A stretch of DNA of 64,000 nt, from the NCBI RefSeq assembly GCF_001194135.2, contig NC_068983.1:141877055-141941054 (forward strand), in the 5' to 3' direction. Positions 50,713 to 62,411 of the stretch are shown here, piece after piece. The position numbers and the translations under genes are program-made. This stretch comes from Octopus bimaculoides. Taxonomy: Eukaryota. Each line of letters opens with the position of its first letter. Position 1 is the stretch's first letter. The notes under the pieces are model-generated. The model was not told where the DNA came from and searched no databases. It saw only the letters and a list, made by a program, of their open reading frames with translations.

Positions 50713-51172
50713 CCAGAAAGATCTAGTTTTATGAGAAATGATTGGGGATTCAGAAGCAGATATTGCAGCTGAAAGCAGGCCAGTACATGACATGGCATGG
50801 GCTTGTTTTTTTGTATTCCATCTTTCTCCTACTTTTCTGGAGAAATAGTTTCTACATTGTCACTCAGCCTGCACTTGATGTAGTACCAAATTTCATTTCA
50901 TCCACTCAATGTAGTACCAAACTTGATCTTATTTGACCACTACATAATATCTTTAAAATATGAGTTCATTTGTAGACTTAAATCTTATAGTATACATGAC
51001 AATAAAGGCAGGATGATCATTGCTATGGTTATTAGACAAATGACGTTGGTAAATTGTACTTATTCTAAATTTACAGGAACCACTGACTAAATTCATGCAA
51101 TCTAAAGCAAACAAGCATAGAATTATATACTAGCTTAGACTGAACACACAAAAGGGTTTGAACTCTATACTT

Positions 51173-51553
51173 TGTTAGCACTGCGTCACTTACGACGTCG
51201 AGAGTTCCAGTTGATCCGATTAACAGAACAGCCTGCTCGTGGAATTAACGTGCAAGTGGCTGAGCACTCCAGACACATGTACCCTCAATGTAGTTCTCGG
51301 GGATATTCAGCGTGACACAGTGTGACAAGGCTGACCCTTTGAGTTACAGGCACAACAGAAACAGGAAGTAAGAGTGAGAGAAAGTTGTGGGGAAAGAGTA
51401 CAGCAGGGTTCACCACCATCCCTTGCTGGGGCCTCGTGGAGCTTTTAGGTGTTTTCGCTCAATAAACACTCACAATGCCCGGTCTGGGAATTGAAACCGC
51501 GATCCTATGACCGTGAGTCCGCTGCCCTAACCACTGGGCCATTGTGCCTCCAC
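51173..51553 (-). mobile_element. Full-length tRNA-derived SINE, family A, with 10-bp target-site duplication
   Basis: Matches family A; flanked by actctatact at 51162-51171 and 51554-51563; 10 CpG transitions relative to the other copies. Confidence 0.93.
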
Positions 51554-52287
51554 ACTCTATACTACAAGCTGACAAAATATCAATTTTACAGTGCCTCTGC
51601 TATAATCAATAGAAAATTTGTTTTTACATTGCCATACCTACTTTCAGCAAAGTGAATCTATCCATTTGAAAATGAAGTGTTTTTGCCACAGACACCAATA
51701 TCTCTTTAATGGTGACAGAACACTCGTTATTCAGTGTTCAGTCTACTCAATATTGGCAATCAGCACATGTACATCATCACATATGTGCACCATTCATATG
51801 AAAACTTATGAGTATACAGCTTGTTGGAATTTTGAAGATTGTTCTTAATTGTACAATTAATGTTATGTCTATTCAAATGGAACTGATTGAGATTATTTAT
51901 CAGTACCTTTTTGTTATTCTCAGTTGGGACTCTTTCATAATATAATGATAATTGTCTTACATACAGTCGGCTTTCGACTGGGAGATGAGGTGAATGAGTT
52001 GTTCATTAAATTGATTCCAGTAATTAGAAATGTGGAAATGCATATTTCTAACAGCACCTTTTTGTCGATTATATCAAAGCCAGTTTTTGACTAGATACAT
52101 TTTTCATTGTACCATCCAGATGAATGAAAGGTAACCACAGCAGGATTTAAATTCAGAAAGTAAAAGAGGTGCAACTGCATATATTAAAGCGTTTTATCCA
52201 TTGTTCTATTTATTCTTTTGATCCACCATAATGATACTATATTTCTAGCAATTTGTGTATCTTATTGTTTCATTTATTTTCTTACAG

Positions 52288-52623
52288 ACAGCATTACAAT
52301 CAATCTGCCCGGAAAGGACCGAAGGTAGATGTGCAGGCTGCAAAGAAGGAAGCAGCTGCCCACCAAGTACCAACCTACACACCACCACCACAGCAGCAGC
52401 AGCAGCAGCAGTCTTACCCTTCACCTCACAGTAGCAATGCAAGCCCTATTTCACCAACTTATGCTAGGCAACCTCATAGTCCCGTTACCCCTATAACACC
52501 TGGGGCTGGTTCTGGAACTTTCGTTCATGGCCAGTACAATTCTCCACTAGGATTGTATTCTGCTGAAGCCGCTACTGAGGAATTAGCTTGTCAGTCTGGA
52601 GGCGTTATTACTGCTGTTGGTGG
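52288..52623 (+). CDS. Zasp/PDLIM-like gene, ZM (Zasp-like motif) exon (phase 2 to 2)
   Basis: Bounded by ttttcttacag| and gg|gtaagt; 336 nt. Encodes QHYNQSARK...PPPQQQQQQQ...FVHGQYNSPLGLYSAEAATEEL; QYNSPxGLYS is the ZM motif of ZASP/ALP/Enigma proteins. Confidence 0.92.
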
Positions 52624-53228
52624 GTAAGTATCTCACTTTTCCTACTGAAGTATTTTACCCCAATTAAAATTATATCTGTTTTACACCTGTTAATGCATTG
52701 ATTAATCTTTCAGCATGTAATATAGTTAACAATATTACACTTCCTCTCACTTTTCCTTCTCCCCGCTCTCCTTACACTGTATGAAAGAAGACAAACTTTT
52801 GAGAGGAATACCAGTAGTCTTAATATATGTAATTTGATGGGAAGGTTCAATAAACACGTTTCCATTTACCACTTCACTGATTCAAACATTGACAAAAGTG
52901 AACAGTTTATTTATATCATCTTCCTGTATCTGATTGATACTTCTTATGGAGTCCAGAGAAATGAAAGTTGGTCTCCATAATATTTAATATCAAAATGTTA
53001 AAAAAAAATGCAACTTAAAACCACAAGGCAGTTTGATGTTCTGCTGTCTAATATCCTGATAATACTTATGTGGAATGGAGTTATAGTTAAAACCAACTCC
53101 AGGATTTGAAGTGAGTCAACCTAGGTGAGATTTGATCTCAGAATATAAAGTGATATAACGAAGTACTGCAAGGCATTTTGTGTAATTCTGCCATCTACCT
53201 CCCTGCTAATATTTCTGATATCAGTTAA

Positions 53229-53430
53229 GGTAGCAAGCTGGCAGAATTATTAGCATGTCAGGCAAAATGCTTTGCAGCATTTCATCTCTGTACATTCTGG
53301 ATTCAAATACCACCAAGGTCAACTTTGCCTTTCATATCTTTTAGGGTCAATAAAATAAGTACCAGTTAAACACTGAGGTAATATAATTACCTAACTTGCT
53401 GGCCTTGTACCAAAATTTTAAACCAATGTT
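53229..53430 (+). mobile_element. SINE family C (no CpG left)
   Basis: Aligns to family C with CpGs replaced by TpG/CpA (gcatgtcagg, ccaccaagg, gtcaact, gggtcaat). Confidence 0.8.
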
Positions 53431-54496
53431 TTGCTATTGGCACAATGCTAATTTTGAGTAATGATATAATTAGCTTTTCTTAATTATGGTTAGTGAACCA
53501 ACCTAGAAACACATCATTGAAATACAAATTCATTAGTTTAGTTCAATTTCATCCACCATCACCCAATTTTCTTGTTTATTTTTTTTTTTACTTGTTGGTT
53601 CATGTTTTTGTTTTTTGTTTGTTTTTTTATCTGATGGTTTAGTAAATTAGGGAATAGATTAAACTGATAAACTTGAGCCTGATTATTTCCTGTCAGATAT
53701 TTTATTGACTTTGATAGATGAAAATCAAAATTTATCATGGTAGGGTATGAATTGGGATCAGTGAAACACTAAGATACTGTAAATTCTACTTTTTGAGTAT
53801 CTCTTAAGTTGAAAAATATATAAAGCTATTATGTATAAAAAAATTTTAATTTTCATAAATAAAAATACTTTAAGAATTTAGATATGTTTACTTTTCATAA
53901 GAGAGAAAGCCCGAACTTTTGAACAAACTCGATTGTGAAGATTTACTGTCCTACTTAAATCTTTAATTCCATCACTTACATTTCTATGTTTATATATTTT
54001 ATTGCTGTGTATTTCCTTATTTGTTTATATTGTCATTTTTGCATTGAGACTGAATTTTACTGCCAGTTTATTGATAAACAATTTATTTTTACCCCACCCA
54101 ATTTATATTTTTAACCTTTAGTATTCTGGCTTATAACATTATAGAAAACAACTATCTTTGCCAATAATGACATATTGCATTCAAATCTTATGTAAACTTG
54201 TCAGATCACTAGAAATACAAACATCAGTATGAAACCTAATTTTTCATTTGCAATTTTCAAATACCAGCAGTATTATAAGATAATGTAGTAACTTATGTTA
54301 CCTACAGGATACTAAAGGTTAAAATTCTACTCACCTGCCTAACATTGTGACCAATTTCATTTTTAGTATTTTTGTTTGTTTTTTTTTGTTTTAAACATTC
54401 AAACCCTACCTGAATGTTCCAATTGCTATCATCAGTGATCAATCATCATTTTGTGTTCCTTCATATTTCTCTTCCCTCCGTCAATTTTATAAACAG

Positions 54497-54538
54497 TGAC
54501 ATGAAGATTTCTGGTGGCCCGAAATATGATCCCTGCAG
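54497..54538 (+). CDS. Zasp/PDLIM-like gene, 42-nt symmetric microexon (phase 2 to 2)
   Basis: Bounded by a pyrimidine tract with aaacag| and ag|gtcagt; encodes (G)DMKISGGPKYDPC(R) in frame with both neighbours. Confidence 0.7.
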
Positions 54539-54689
54539 GTCAGTTTTTAAAACATTTTTTTCCATCTTGCTATTACATCAGATAGATAGATGCTCTCATT
54601 AAGCATACAAATATATATATATATATTTATATATATTTGAAAAGATTTGTAAAAGTACTACACGAGTAAGTAGATATTGAAAATGAATT

Positions 54690-54932
54690 AAAATGAAAAT
54701 GCCACTTTTTAAAACATTTTTTGGATGTTTTAATTAATTTACATGTTTCGGTTTTTTTGAAAAACCTTATCAAAAATGAATATAAAATGTGAGAAGAGAC
54801 AAGGGCTTTATTAGCCCTTTTCGCTTCTCACATATTTTATATTCATTTTTGATAAGGTTTTTCAAAAAAACCGAAACATGTAAATTAATTAAAACATCCA
54901 AAAAATGTTTTAAAAAGTGGCATTTTCATTTT
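54690..54932. mobile_element. Fold-back element: 99-bp perfect inverted repeat, each arm carrying a hammerhead-like motif
   Basis: 54690-54788 is the exact reverse complement of 54834-54932. An inner imperfect stem closes on aagggct-ttatt-agccctt. (TA)n tracts flank it at ~54611-54637 and ~54944-54973. Confidence 0.92.
54841..54889 (+). ncRNA. Minimal type I hammerhead-like motif with U3-A8 variant core
   Basis: UUGAUAA (54849-55), stem II GGUUUUU/caa/AAAAACC, GAAAC, AU, then GUA| (54880-82). Stem I is weak and AU-rich. An identical copy lies on the minus strand in the left arm (core 54773-54767). Confidence 0.55.
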
Positions 54933-54940
54933 TATTAATT

Positions 54941-54976
<36 letters not shown>

Positions 54977-55699
54977 CAGAAAAACAGTGCTCAGTACAAC
55001 TTTTATTAGAAATCTATAGTGATATGCTTATGTACGAGATAAATAGGGATTACATTTTCAAACTACATGTCTGCTGGTTGGAAAGAAAATGAGATTAATG
55101 ATGTGCCGTAAATCATTTCCTTTCTACCTACTGACATATATGATATGCCTGTTGAAGGAAGCAATAGTACAGGGGTGTAATCCTTGTATATCTCAAACAT
55201 TAACATTGCTTATATAAATTCTGTGTGCATGTGTCACATACACACACACATACAAAGTGATAGTGATGCATGTAGTGGTTGCATTTGATAGGTTTAGTCT
55301 TAATATTTGCAGTGAAGCTTTCTTTAGAGATAACAGTTGCTTTTTGTTGTTTATTTTTCTGTGAACAATTAGTTTGCAAATCTATCATATATCAGTTTTA
55401 TGAGACCTGAATAGAATTAGTGATGTATAAACAGCCAAGACAGCATTTTATTGGCATAAAGTTCATTATTACTTACTCTTACCCAACTCTGCTCAAGTAG
55501 GTTTACCTCATCAGATGACTTCTCCAATACTTATGTGAAAGTCATTGTTCCAGTACACAAAAAAAAATTTAACCTAATCTTCAGGCTTCATTTTGCAGTG
55601 CACTATCTGGGACATAGTGTAACAATATAGAATTTTTGATTTGTGTGATCTTAAGGGTAAGTGGATCAGCTGAACTATCAGAGCATCAGAAAAAATGTT

Positions 55700-55868
55700 G
55701 TATAGTAATGGTTCTAGCTTTTTTACATTCTGGGTTCAAATCCCACCAAGGTCAACTTTTGCTTTTCATCCCACAAGGGTTTATAAACTATAGTACTAGT
55801 CAAGTACTGGTATCAATAAAGTCAACTAATTTCCTCTTCTCAAAACTGCTGACCTTATACCTAAATTA
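55700..55868 (+). mobile_element. SINE family C (diverged, CpG-decayed)
   Basis: tctgggttcaaatcccaccaaggtcaacttttgcttttcatcc matches the family C B-box and central box. Confidence 0.7.
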
Positions 55869-55899
55869 GAAAAATTGTATTTATTTTGTTAGGAAGATT

Positions 55900-55992
55900 T
55901 GTAGTATGGCACTTAGGGCAAGTCTTCTATGTCCTCAGACCAACCAAAGCCTTGTGAGCGGATTTGGTAGAGGGAAACTGAAAGATACCTGT

Positions 55993-56034
<42 letters not shown>

Positions 56035-56205
56035 GTTTGTGTGTCTGTGTTGGTGTGTTTACATCCCCATAACATTAGCAATTCAGCAAAAAGAGATCAA
56101 TAGAATAAGTGCTAGGCTTACAAAGAATAAGTCTTGGGGTCAATTTGTTCAATTAAAGGTGGTGCTCCAGTATCTCCAATCAAATGACTGAAACAAGTAA
56201 AAGAG
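55900..56205 (+). mobile_element. SINE family E with internal (TA)n and LINE-like tail
   Basis: ttagggcaagtcttcta...gaccaaccaaagccttgtgagcggatttggtag...(TA)n...gaataagtcttggggtcaatt...ggtggtgctccag...gactgaaacaagtaaaag. CpG-decayed. Confidence 0.7.
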
Positions 56206-58238
56206 TAGATGCAAAGATGAACTTGATCTGTACAAGATAGCTGAGGTTCTTATGGATTTATTAGAGGCTTGAGCAAGCTAAACAATTGTTATAGTTACTT
56301 TGGAATTTTAACAAGACAAAGATTTGGAAATTTGTTTATAGAATGAATGCTCAGATAAGTTAATGTGATGAAGTCCACTCTGCTTGAACACCCTATGGCA
56401 TGAATGTAGTCAAGTGAAGAATCTTTGATCAACATTTTGTGATGATTCCACCTTTAATATGGAACATACATTTCTGATATTTTGAACTTTAAGCTTGTGG
56501 CCTTCATTTCAAAAATAAAATTAAATGGCTTTGAAGCTGATGTATTGAGTGGATCTTGCACACATGCAGAAGATTTTAACTGCCCAAACTAGCTTAGAAT
56601 ACATAACTGTTGTCACTTTCCAATAGATATATTCTAGGAATAAGAATTTTTATTATAAGAGCTTATAATGATAATACTTGTAGTGTGATCTGTTGTCCAG
56701 ATTGTTTTTCTCTTAAATGTAGCCTTTTCTTTATCCATGGATCTGATGGTTTGTTAGTGTAGTTTTTACTTTTCTTCATGCTAACCACTAAACTGGGACT
56801 GACAAATATATATGTACCTTGTTCAGTACAATACATACTGCCGACTTGACAACACAGTAAGAAATCAAATTTGAATTTGATCATGAGGCCAGAAATCTCA
56901 CACCTTAACCTCATATCTGTTGTACCTTTTTCTAAATAAAACTTAGATGTTGTCTGCATTGTATTTAATGCCCTGGTTTGGTATAAAATTTCAAGATCAA
57001 TCTATCCGTTTCATTTAAAAGTTTATTTGTTCAAATGTTACTGATGTGAGATTTCTTTTACAGCATACCAGAGCATTTTTCACCTCTTGAACATTTCTGG
57101 AAATGTACTAAACTTGTTGTGGCAATAATGTTCTCTCATTACTTATGAATCTTATTATTAATGAAGGATGCTTATTTGCAACTACTGTTAACAACTGTTG
57201 CACATAATTCTCTCTCTCTCTCTTTTCCCCTCTCTCTTTTCTCCCCTCTTTTTCCTCCCTCTCTCTCTCCTCCTCACTCGCGCTCTCGCTCTCTCTTTCA
57301 TTTTGCCATGTCTCTCTCCCTCTCTCTCTCTCTCTTTTATTATTAGCTTTAGGAATATTAACTTTAGTTTCACAGGTATTAGAGGATCTGCAAAGGTTAT
57401 GGGTTCAGCCCCTTCATTCTGACCAAGTCATCAAAAAAAATTATGCGACCTGGGATTTTTTTTTTTTATAGCAAAACATTAACATTAGAATTGTTTTCTT
57501 GAAGTTATTAACCTCTTATAAAGCCCAAAGAAGTTCTGTGATAGAATATTATTCATTTATCTATTAGCTCTCTTTCTCACACACACATTCCTAGACAACT
57601 CTTACAAAAAATAAACTATGAATATGATAGGTAAGTTAACACTTTTTCATAAATAAACCTGTTATATTCTTTTGTTTCTTTTATCACTAACCACAACAGC
57701 CTTGATTCCTCAATTTCTATATCCTTTATATATCATAATATAGTTTTCATTAATTACAATTCTAAATATCTGAGTCTCTATTTAGATTTTTTTTTTTGTT
57801 TTCTTTAATTGATCAGAAATTATGAAACTAGACAACCAAACACTAAAATTTATTTTGCATGCATAATGTGTATGCACTCATGTACTCGTGCATGCAAGCA
57901 ACAGGTAAGTTATTCTTTCTGGTAGAGATTAACAAGTATCAGGGGCATCAAAAAGACTCAAAGAAAATTAATATAGAAATCAAGAATGCATTTTTTATCA
58001 GTTGGCAGGTTAACAACTATTCCTCTACAAAATACAATATCTCTAATATACAATTTCATAGCCAATATTTTGTCAAAAATATACACCATTTGATCATTTT
58101 AATTTTTCGTTTTTTTTTTCCTTTTTATCCACTTGCATAAGGATGCAATGCTGATGTGCAGTACATGTGTAACCACTGTTCTGCAAGTGACCTGTCAACT
58201 ATATCTTATAGCTAAACATGTTATCTTTTCTCTTTCAG

Positions 58239-58465
58239 GTTACCTGACAAACCCAAGATAAATTATCGGGATTCTGAAGTCTACAAGCTTATCAATGAAA
58301 ACGAATCAGCAAAGCGTGCTGAGGAGGCCCGACGTGCTGAAGAAGCTGCTGATATGAAATTAACTGGCAGCAATCCATCGAAGCAGTCACTGTCCTTCAA
58401 AGTATTGCAATGGATGACTGATACTGAGAAACCTGCTGAAGAAGAAGAAACTACTACACCTACAG
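58239..58465 (+). CDS. Zasp/PDLIM-like gene, DUF4749-type exon (phase 2 to 1)
   Basis: Bounded by tcttttctctttcag| and cag|gtacta. Encodes LPDKPKINYRDSEVYKLINENE...NPSKQSLSFKVLQWMTDTEKPAEEEETTTPT, matching the PDLIM1/3 motifs ESEVYKMLQE and KQSxSFxVLQ. Confidence 0.9.
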
Positions 58466-58708
58466 GTACTATAAACAGAATATTTCTGATGATATTTCTT
58501 CTACTCTGTAAGCGTGCTTGTCTCATGTGTGTGCGTGTGTGTGTCTCTGAATATGTGTTCAATAAACACTTCTCAAAAGCGTCTATGGTCAACTTTATCC
58601 ATATATGTAAGGTAGACTGGATACATATTACTCAAACCAGGGTTTCAATTATTTGGCTTTTTTTTTCTTTTTTTTTTTTTGGTTGACTGTATGCATCAGT
58701 GAATTCAG

Positions 58709-58764
<56 letters not shown>

Positions 58765-59079
58765 CTCTTTCTCTCTCTCTGCATTGAACATACACTCAAG
58801 ATGTCTCCTAATTTTATCTTTCAATATTTATATATTTTCAAAGTGTGTACTTATATTGCTTAAAAATCGTAAGCTATTAGTTTTAATTTGTGTATGCTGC
58901 TGATAGGTTAGTAGGAAGTGTATGTGTGTGCACACACATACAATAATTAACGTGTGTTACATATATTGTTTATTCACTCCCTACTTCAAATTTCTCCTAC
59001 CTTGTGCTTCATCATTGTTTACTGAATGACATAATTGTTTATTTGGAATGGAGCCAATTGGCATATATTGGGTTTAGAT

Positions 59080-59081
<2 letters not shown>

Positions 59082-59153
<72 letters not shown>

Positions 59154-59224
59154 CCTACCTACCTACCTACCTACCTACCTACCTACCTACCTACCTACCT
59201 ACCTACCTACCTACCTACCTACCT
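59082..59224. repeat. (AC)n(CTAC)n microsatellite
   Basis: Directly visible. Confidence 0.95.
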
Positions 59225-61334
59225 TTCCTTTATGCTCGCCACTGGCTTGTTTTATTATGTCCTACTTCAGTGGAGGATGTCTTGTATATAAATGGCAGCT
59301 TTATGTAATACTTTGAATCATTGCATTACAACAGCTGCTCAGAAACTTGGTAGCCACCAGCTTGTAGACACTGAAGGAATATAATGAATTCTCAAATGGT
59401 AGATTATATATTGTATATCTTTATACCTCCAGATGTCAACATAAAATACTTCATCCCATCCCCTGTAATATTTCATTTCTCCAGTTTCATTATATTAAAC
59501 ACACATGAGAAGTGAGTTCTCTTTCATTGTAGATATGTTTGGCAACACTTCATGACTGCTGGATGAACTTAAGCCTGAATTGTTATAGTGACCAAACTGG
59601 CAATAAAATATCTGCAAAGCATTTGAATTAATGGGTCTAAGGTGGTTACCCAGTTAACCTTTACTAGAGGTTGGAAGATTTAGAATGAACTATCCTTATG
59701 ATGATTGCAAAAGATGAGCAAAAGCATACAGTCAAGAAGTGACTTTTTTTTTCACTGTGGGATTACTCATCAATCACCGCTTATATTAAGTCAGATTTAT
59801 GATCAAAGACATTTCAGCCTTGACTGTACCAACTTATGAAGGGGTGTATAGGGTAACATTATCAGTATTTTCTTTATTTAAAATGGTAGATGTGATTTGA
59901 GGGATTTGGTTGCCTTTTCTAGCAGGTAATGCAACCATGTAAAGGTTCTCTCATCACTGGCATCTTATTTTAGGCAATCTCCATCTGGATATGGATTCAG
60001 TATTTTGAAAGTGGCAAAATGTCCAAGTGTGGTGGGTTACAAAATCAAAAACATACTTTAAGTTAGAAATTACCTGTAAGAAATTAGATATGCAGTTATT
60101 TGAATTAAAATACTTCTGACCATATTTCTTATTAAATATATTATTTCAATTTGTTTAAAAAATAAGTAGAAGGCATTTAGTAAAATTACTCTTATGTTGC
60201 TAAGATGATGCTTGAAGAATTATTCACAAGAGTCTAAAAAATGAGAGAGAAATGTGTGTAGATAGAGGAAGAGAAGTTATAAAGTTTGTGACTGAGTCAG
60301 TGAGAATAATGGAGAATGAGTAGAATTAGAAAGAACTGAAAAATGATAAAATGGAATATCAGACAGAAAACAAGGCAGGGCTTGAAACAAAGATTCACTG
60401 TCAGGAAGTAAAAGTAACTCATTATTTTTAACAAGCAATACATTAGTATTTAATATATATATTTTAATGTTTTATTACTTTAAATATATTTTATAGAGAT
60501 TATCGTAATATATAATAAAAAGCAAATTGACTGGGACTTCAAATTTTGCACATCTGCTCATTCAATTAGTCACAGCAAGAGTAAATGCTCAGTTGTTTTT
60601 GAAAGTTCTTTAAAATTATAAAATTATTTTTAACTTTGAATCTTAATGTTATAATTTTTTTAAATTGTTACTATAAATATATCTAATTTATTCCAGAGCT
60701 GCATTTGTTCAAGTAATTTTGATCCAATATGTTAGGATGTAAACAATTGCATCATAGTAATCATAAGTCATTAGACACACACTGCTGTAATCAATTATCA
60801 TTTTGTAATATTAATAATATATATTATTAGATATCAGTATTTCAGCATACATCTTCTGCCTGGTCACTGATACTCTACTTCACTGCAATGTTTAACCACC
60901 ATTGCTTTACACAACTTCGACTGATTCAGTTATGTTATATTTTAATTTCTTGTTCTGGAAGAAGTTTATTTTTTCTGTTTACTGAACATTTTATTTTATT
61001 TTTGGCTTGTTTGTTTTGCTGAATAGTTTAATCAAATAAATGGCTCTACAATATTGATAATGATGTTTGAGCAGTAGGGCTTATTCATTTGATTAAACAA
61101 CTGCTAAATTGTTTATATTATCATAAGCATATTCACCCACTACATTTCATTTCCTCTCACACATTTCTATTTTGATACACACACACACACACACACACAT
61201 TCCTTTTATATTTTTTTACACACACACAGAAAAGTTTGTTTCTACAAACACAATCTGTTTCATCTACTCACTTTCTATACCACTCTATCCAATATTTTAT
61301 ATATAAATCTATTAATTTCCTCCATTTTCTCCAG

Positions 61335-61394
61335 ATACAAATACATCTTATGATGCAGACTCTCACATTGGTGCTGACCAGTATGTTAGACAAG
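61335..61394 (+). CDS. Zasp/PDLIM-like gene, candidate 60-nt symmetric exon (phase 1 to 1)
   Basis: Bounded by attaatttcctccattttctccag| and aag|gtatta. Encodes DTNTSYDADSHIGADQYVRQ(G) in frame after the phase-1 donor at 58465. No homology evidence. Confidence 0.55.
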
Positions 61395-61796
61395 GTATTA
61401 TCACTGACAACATACACCCTATAAATATGAAACTATAGTAGTGTAGTAGGGGTGGCTACTTTCCTCTGCTGTCCACCTTCTTTCATTTCTGCTTTCCTCC
61501 CTATTTGTTGTTTTTTTTTTGCTTTTGTAGGAGGCATTTTTCTATTTTGATTGGTTTTGACATTTTTCCCATTTTCTATCTTAAAATGTTGATGCCTTTT
61601 GCTAATTTAGTATATTGCACACTCTGGAGATGTGTATGATATATATGTATTTATATCATACACATGTTTGGTGGGATGGGGTATGTTTTTTATCCTAATT
61701 GTTTTCATGTGTGCAGTACTGTTGATAATTGCTAACTGTCAAAGTGCACACTGCAGTGTGTGTGTGTGTGAGTTTGTTTCACTTTATTTGAAACTG

Positions 61797-61829
<33 letters not shown>

Positions 61830-62221
61830 TGAGATAATTTGGATGTTAATAAATACAGCATTATTTAATGTGCACATATATATATATATTCACACAGTGT
61901 AAAATGAAACTTTTGAGCCATCAATATCAGGCAGGTATTACACCAGATTGTATACTGCTAGGTGTTCTACTTTTCAATGGCATCTACCTTTTGTGAATGT
62001 AGAACAGTGAACGACAAATAGCAGTGTTGTTGGCAGGGGGCATTTCTATATGAAAGGAAGATAGAGAACAAAAAAAATACAATGTTTTTAAGAGAAATTG
62101 ATCAGTTAAAAGAATAATGGTTATGTATTTACACATTAACAAATTATAGGTTCAATTTTAACTTGACATTAATACCATTTTGCCTGACTTGGTTTCTTTT
62201 ATCTGTTATTAGCCTCTATAC

Positions 62222-62411
62222 AATAGGTACAAGGCCTGAAATTTTGGAGGTGGTGGCTAGTCAATAACATCACCTCCCAGTGCTCAACTCCTACTTATTT
62301 TATCAACCCCAAAAGGAAAGGCAAAGTCAACCTTGGCAGAATTCACTCAGATGAAAGAAATACCATGAAACAGTTTGTCTGGCATGCTAAGTTCTGCCAG
62401 CTTACTGCCTT
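62222..62411 (-). mobile_element. SINE family C (CpG-decayed)
   Basis: Aligns to 21829-22042 with CpGs lost (tcaacccc, gtcaaccttggcag, ggcatgctaa, cttactgcctt). Confidence 0.8.

Noticed and set aside
56827-56856. Possible 30-nt phase 2-2 microexon (TIHTADLTT)
   Set aside because: Poor pyrimidine tract and no homology.
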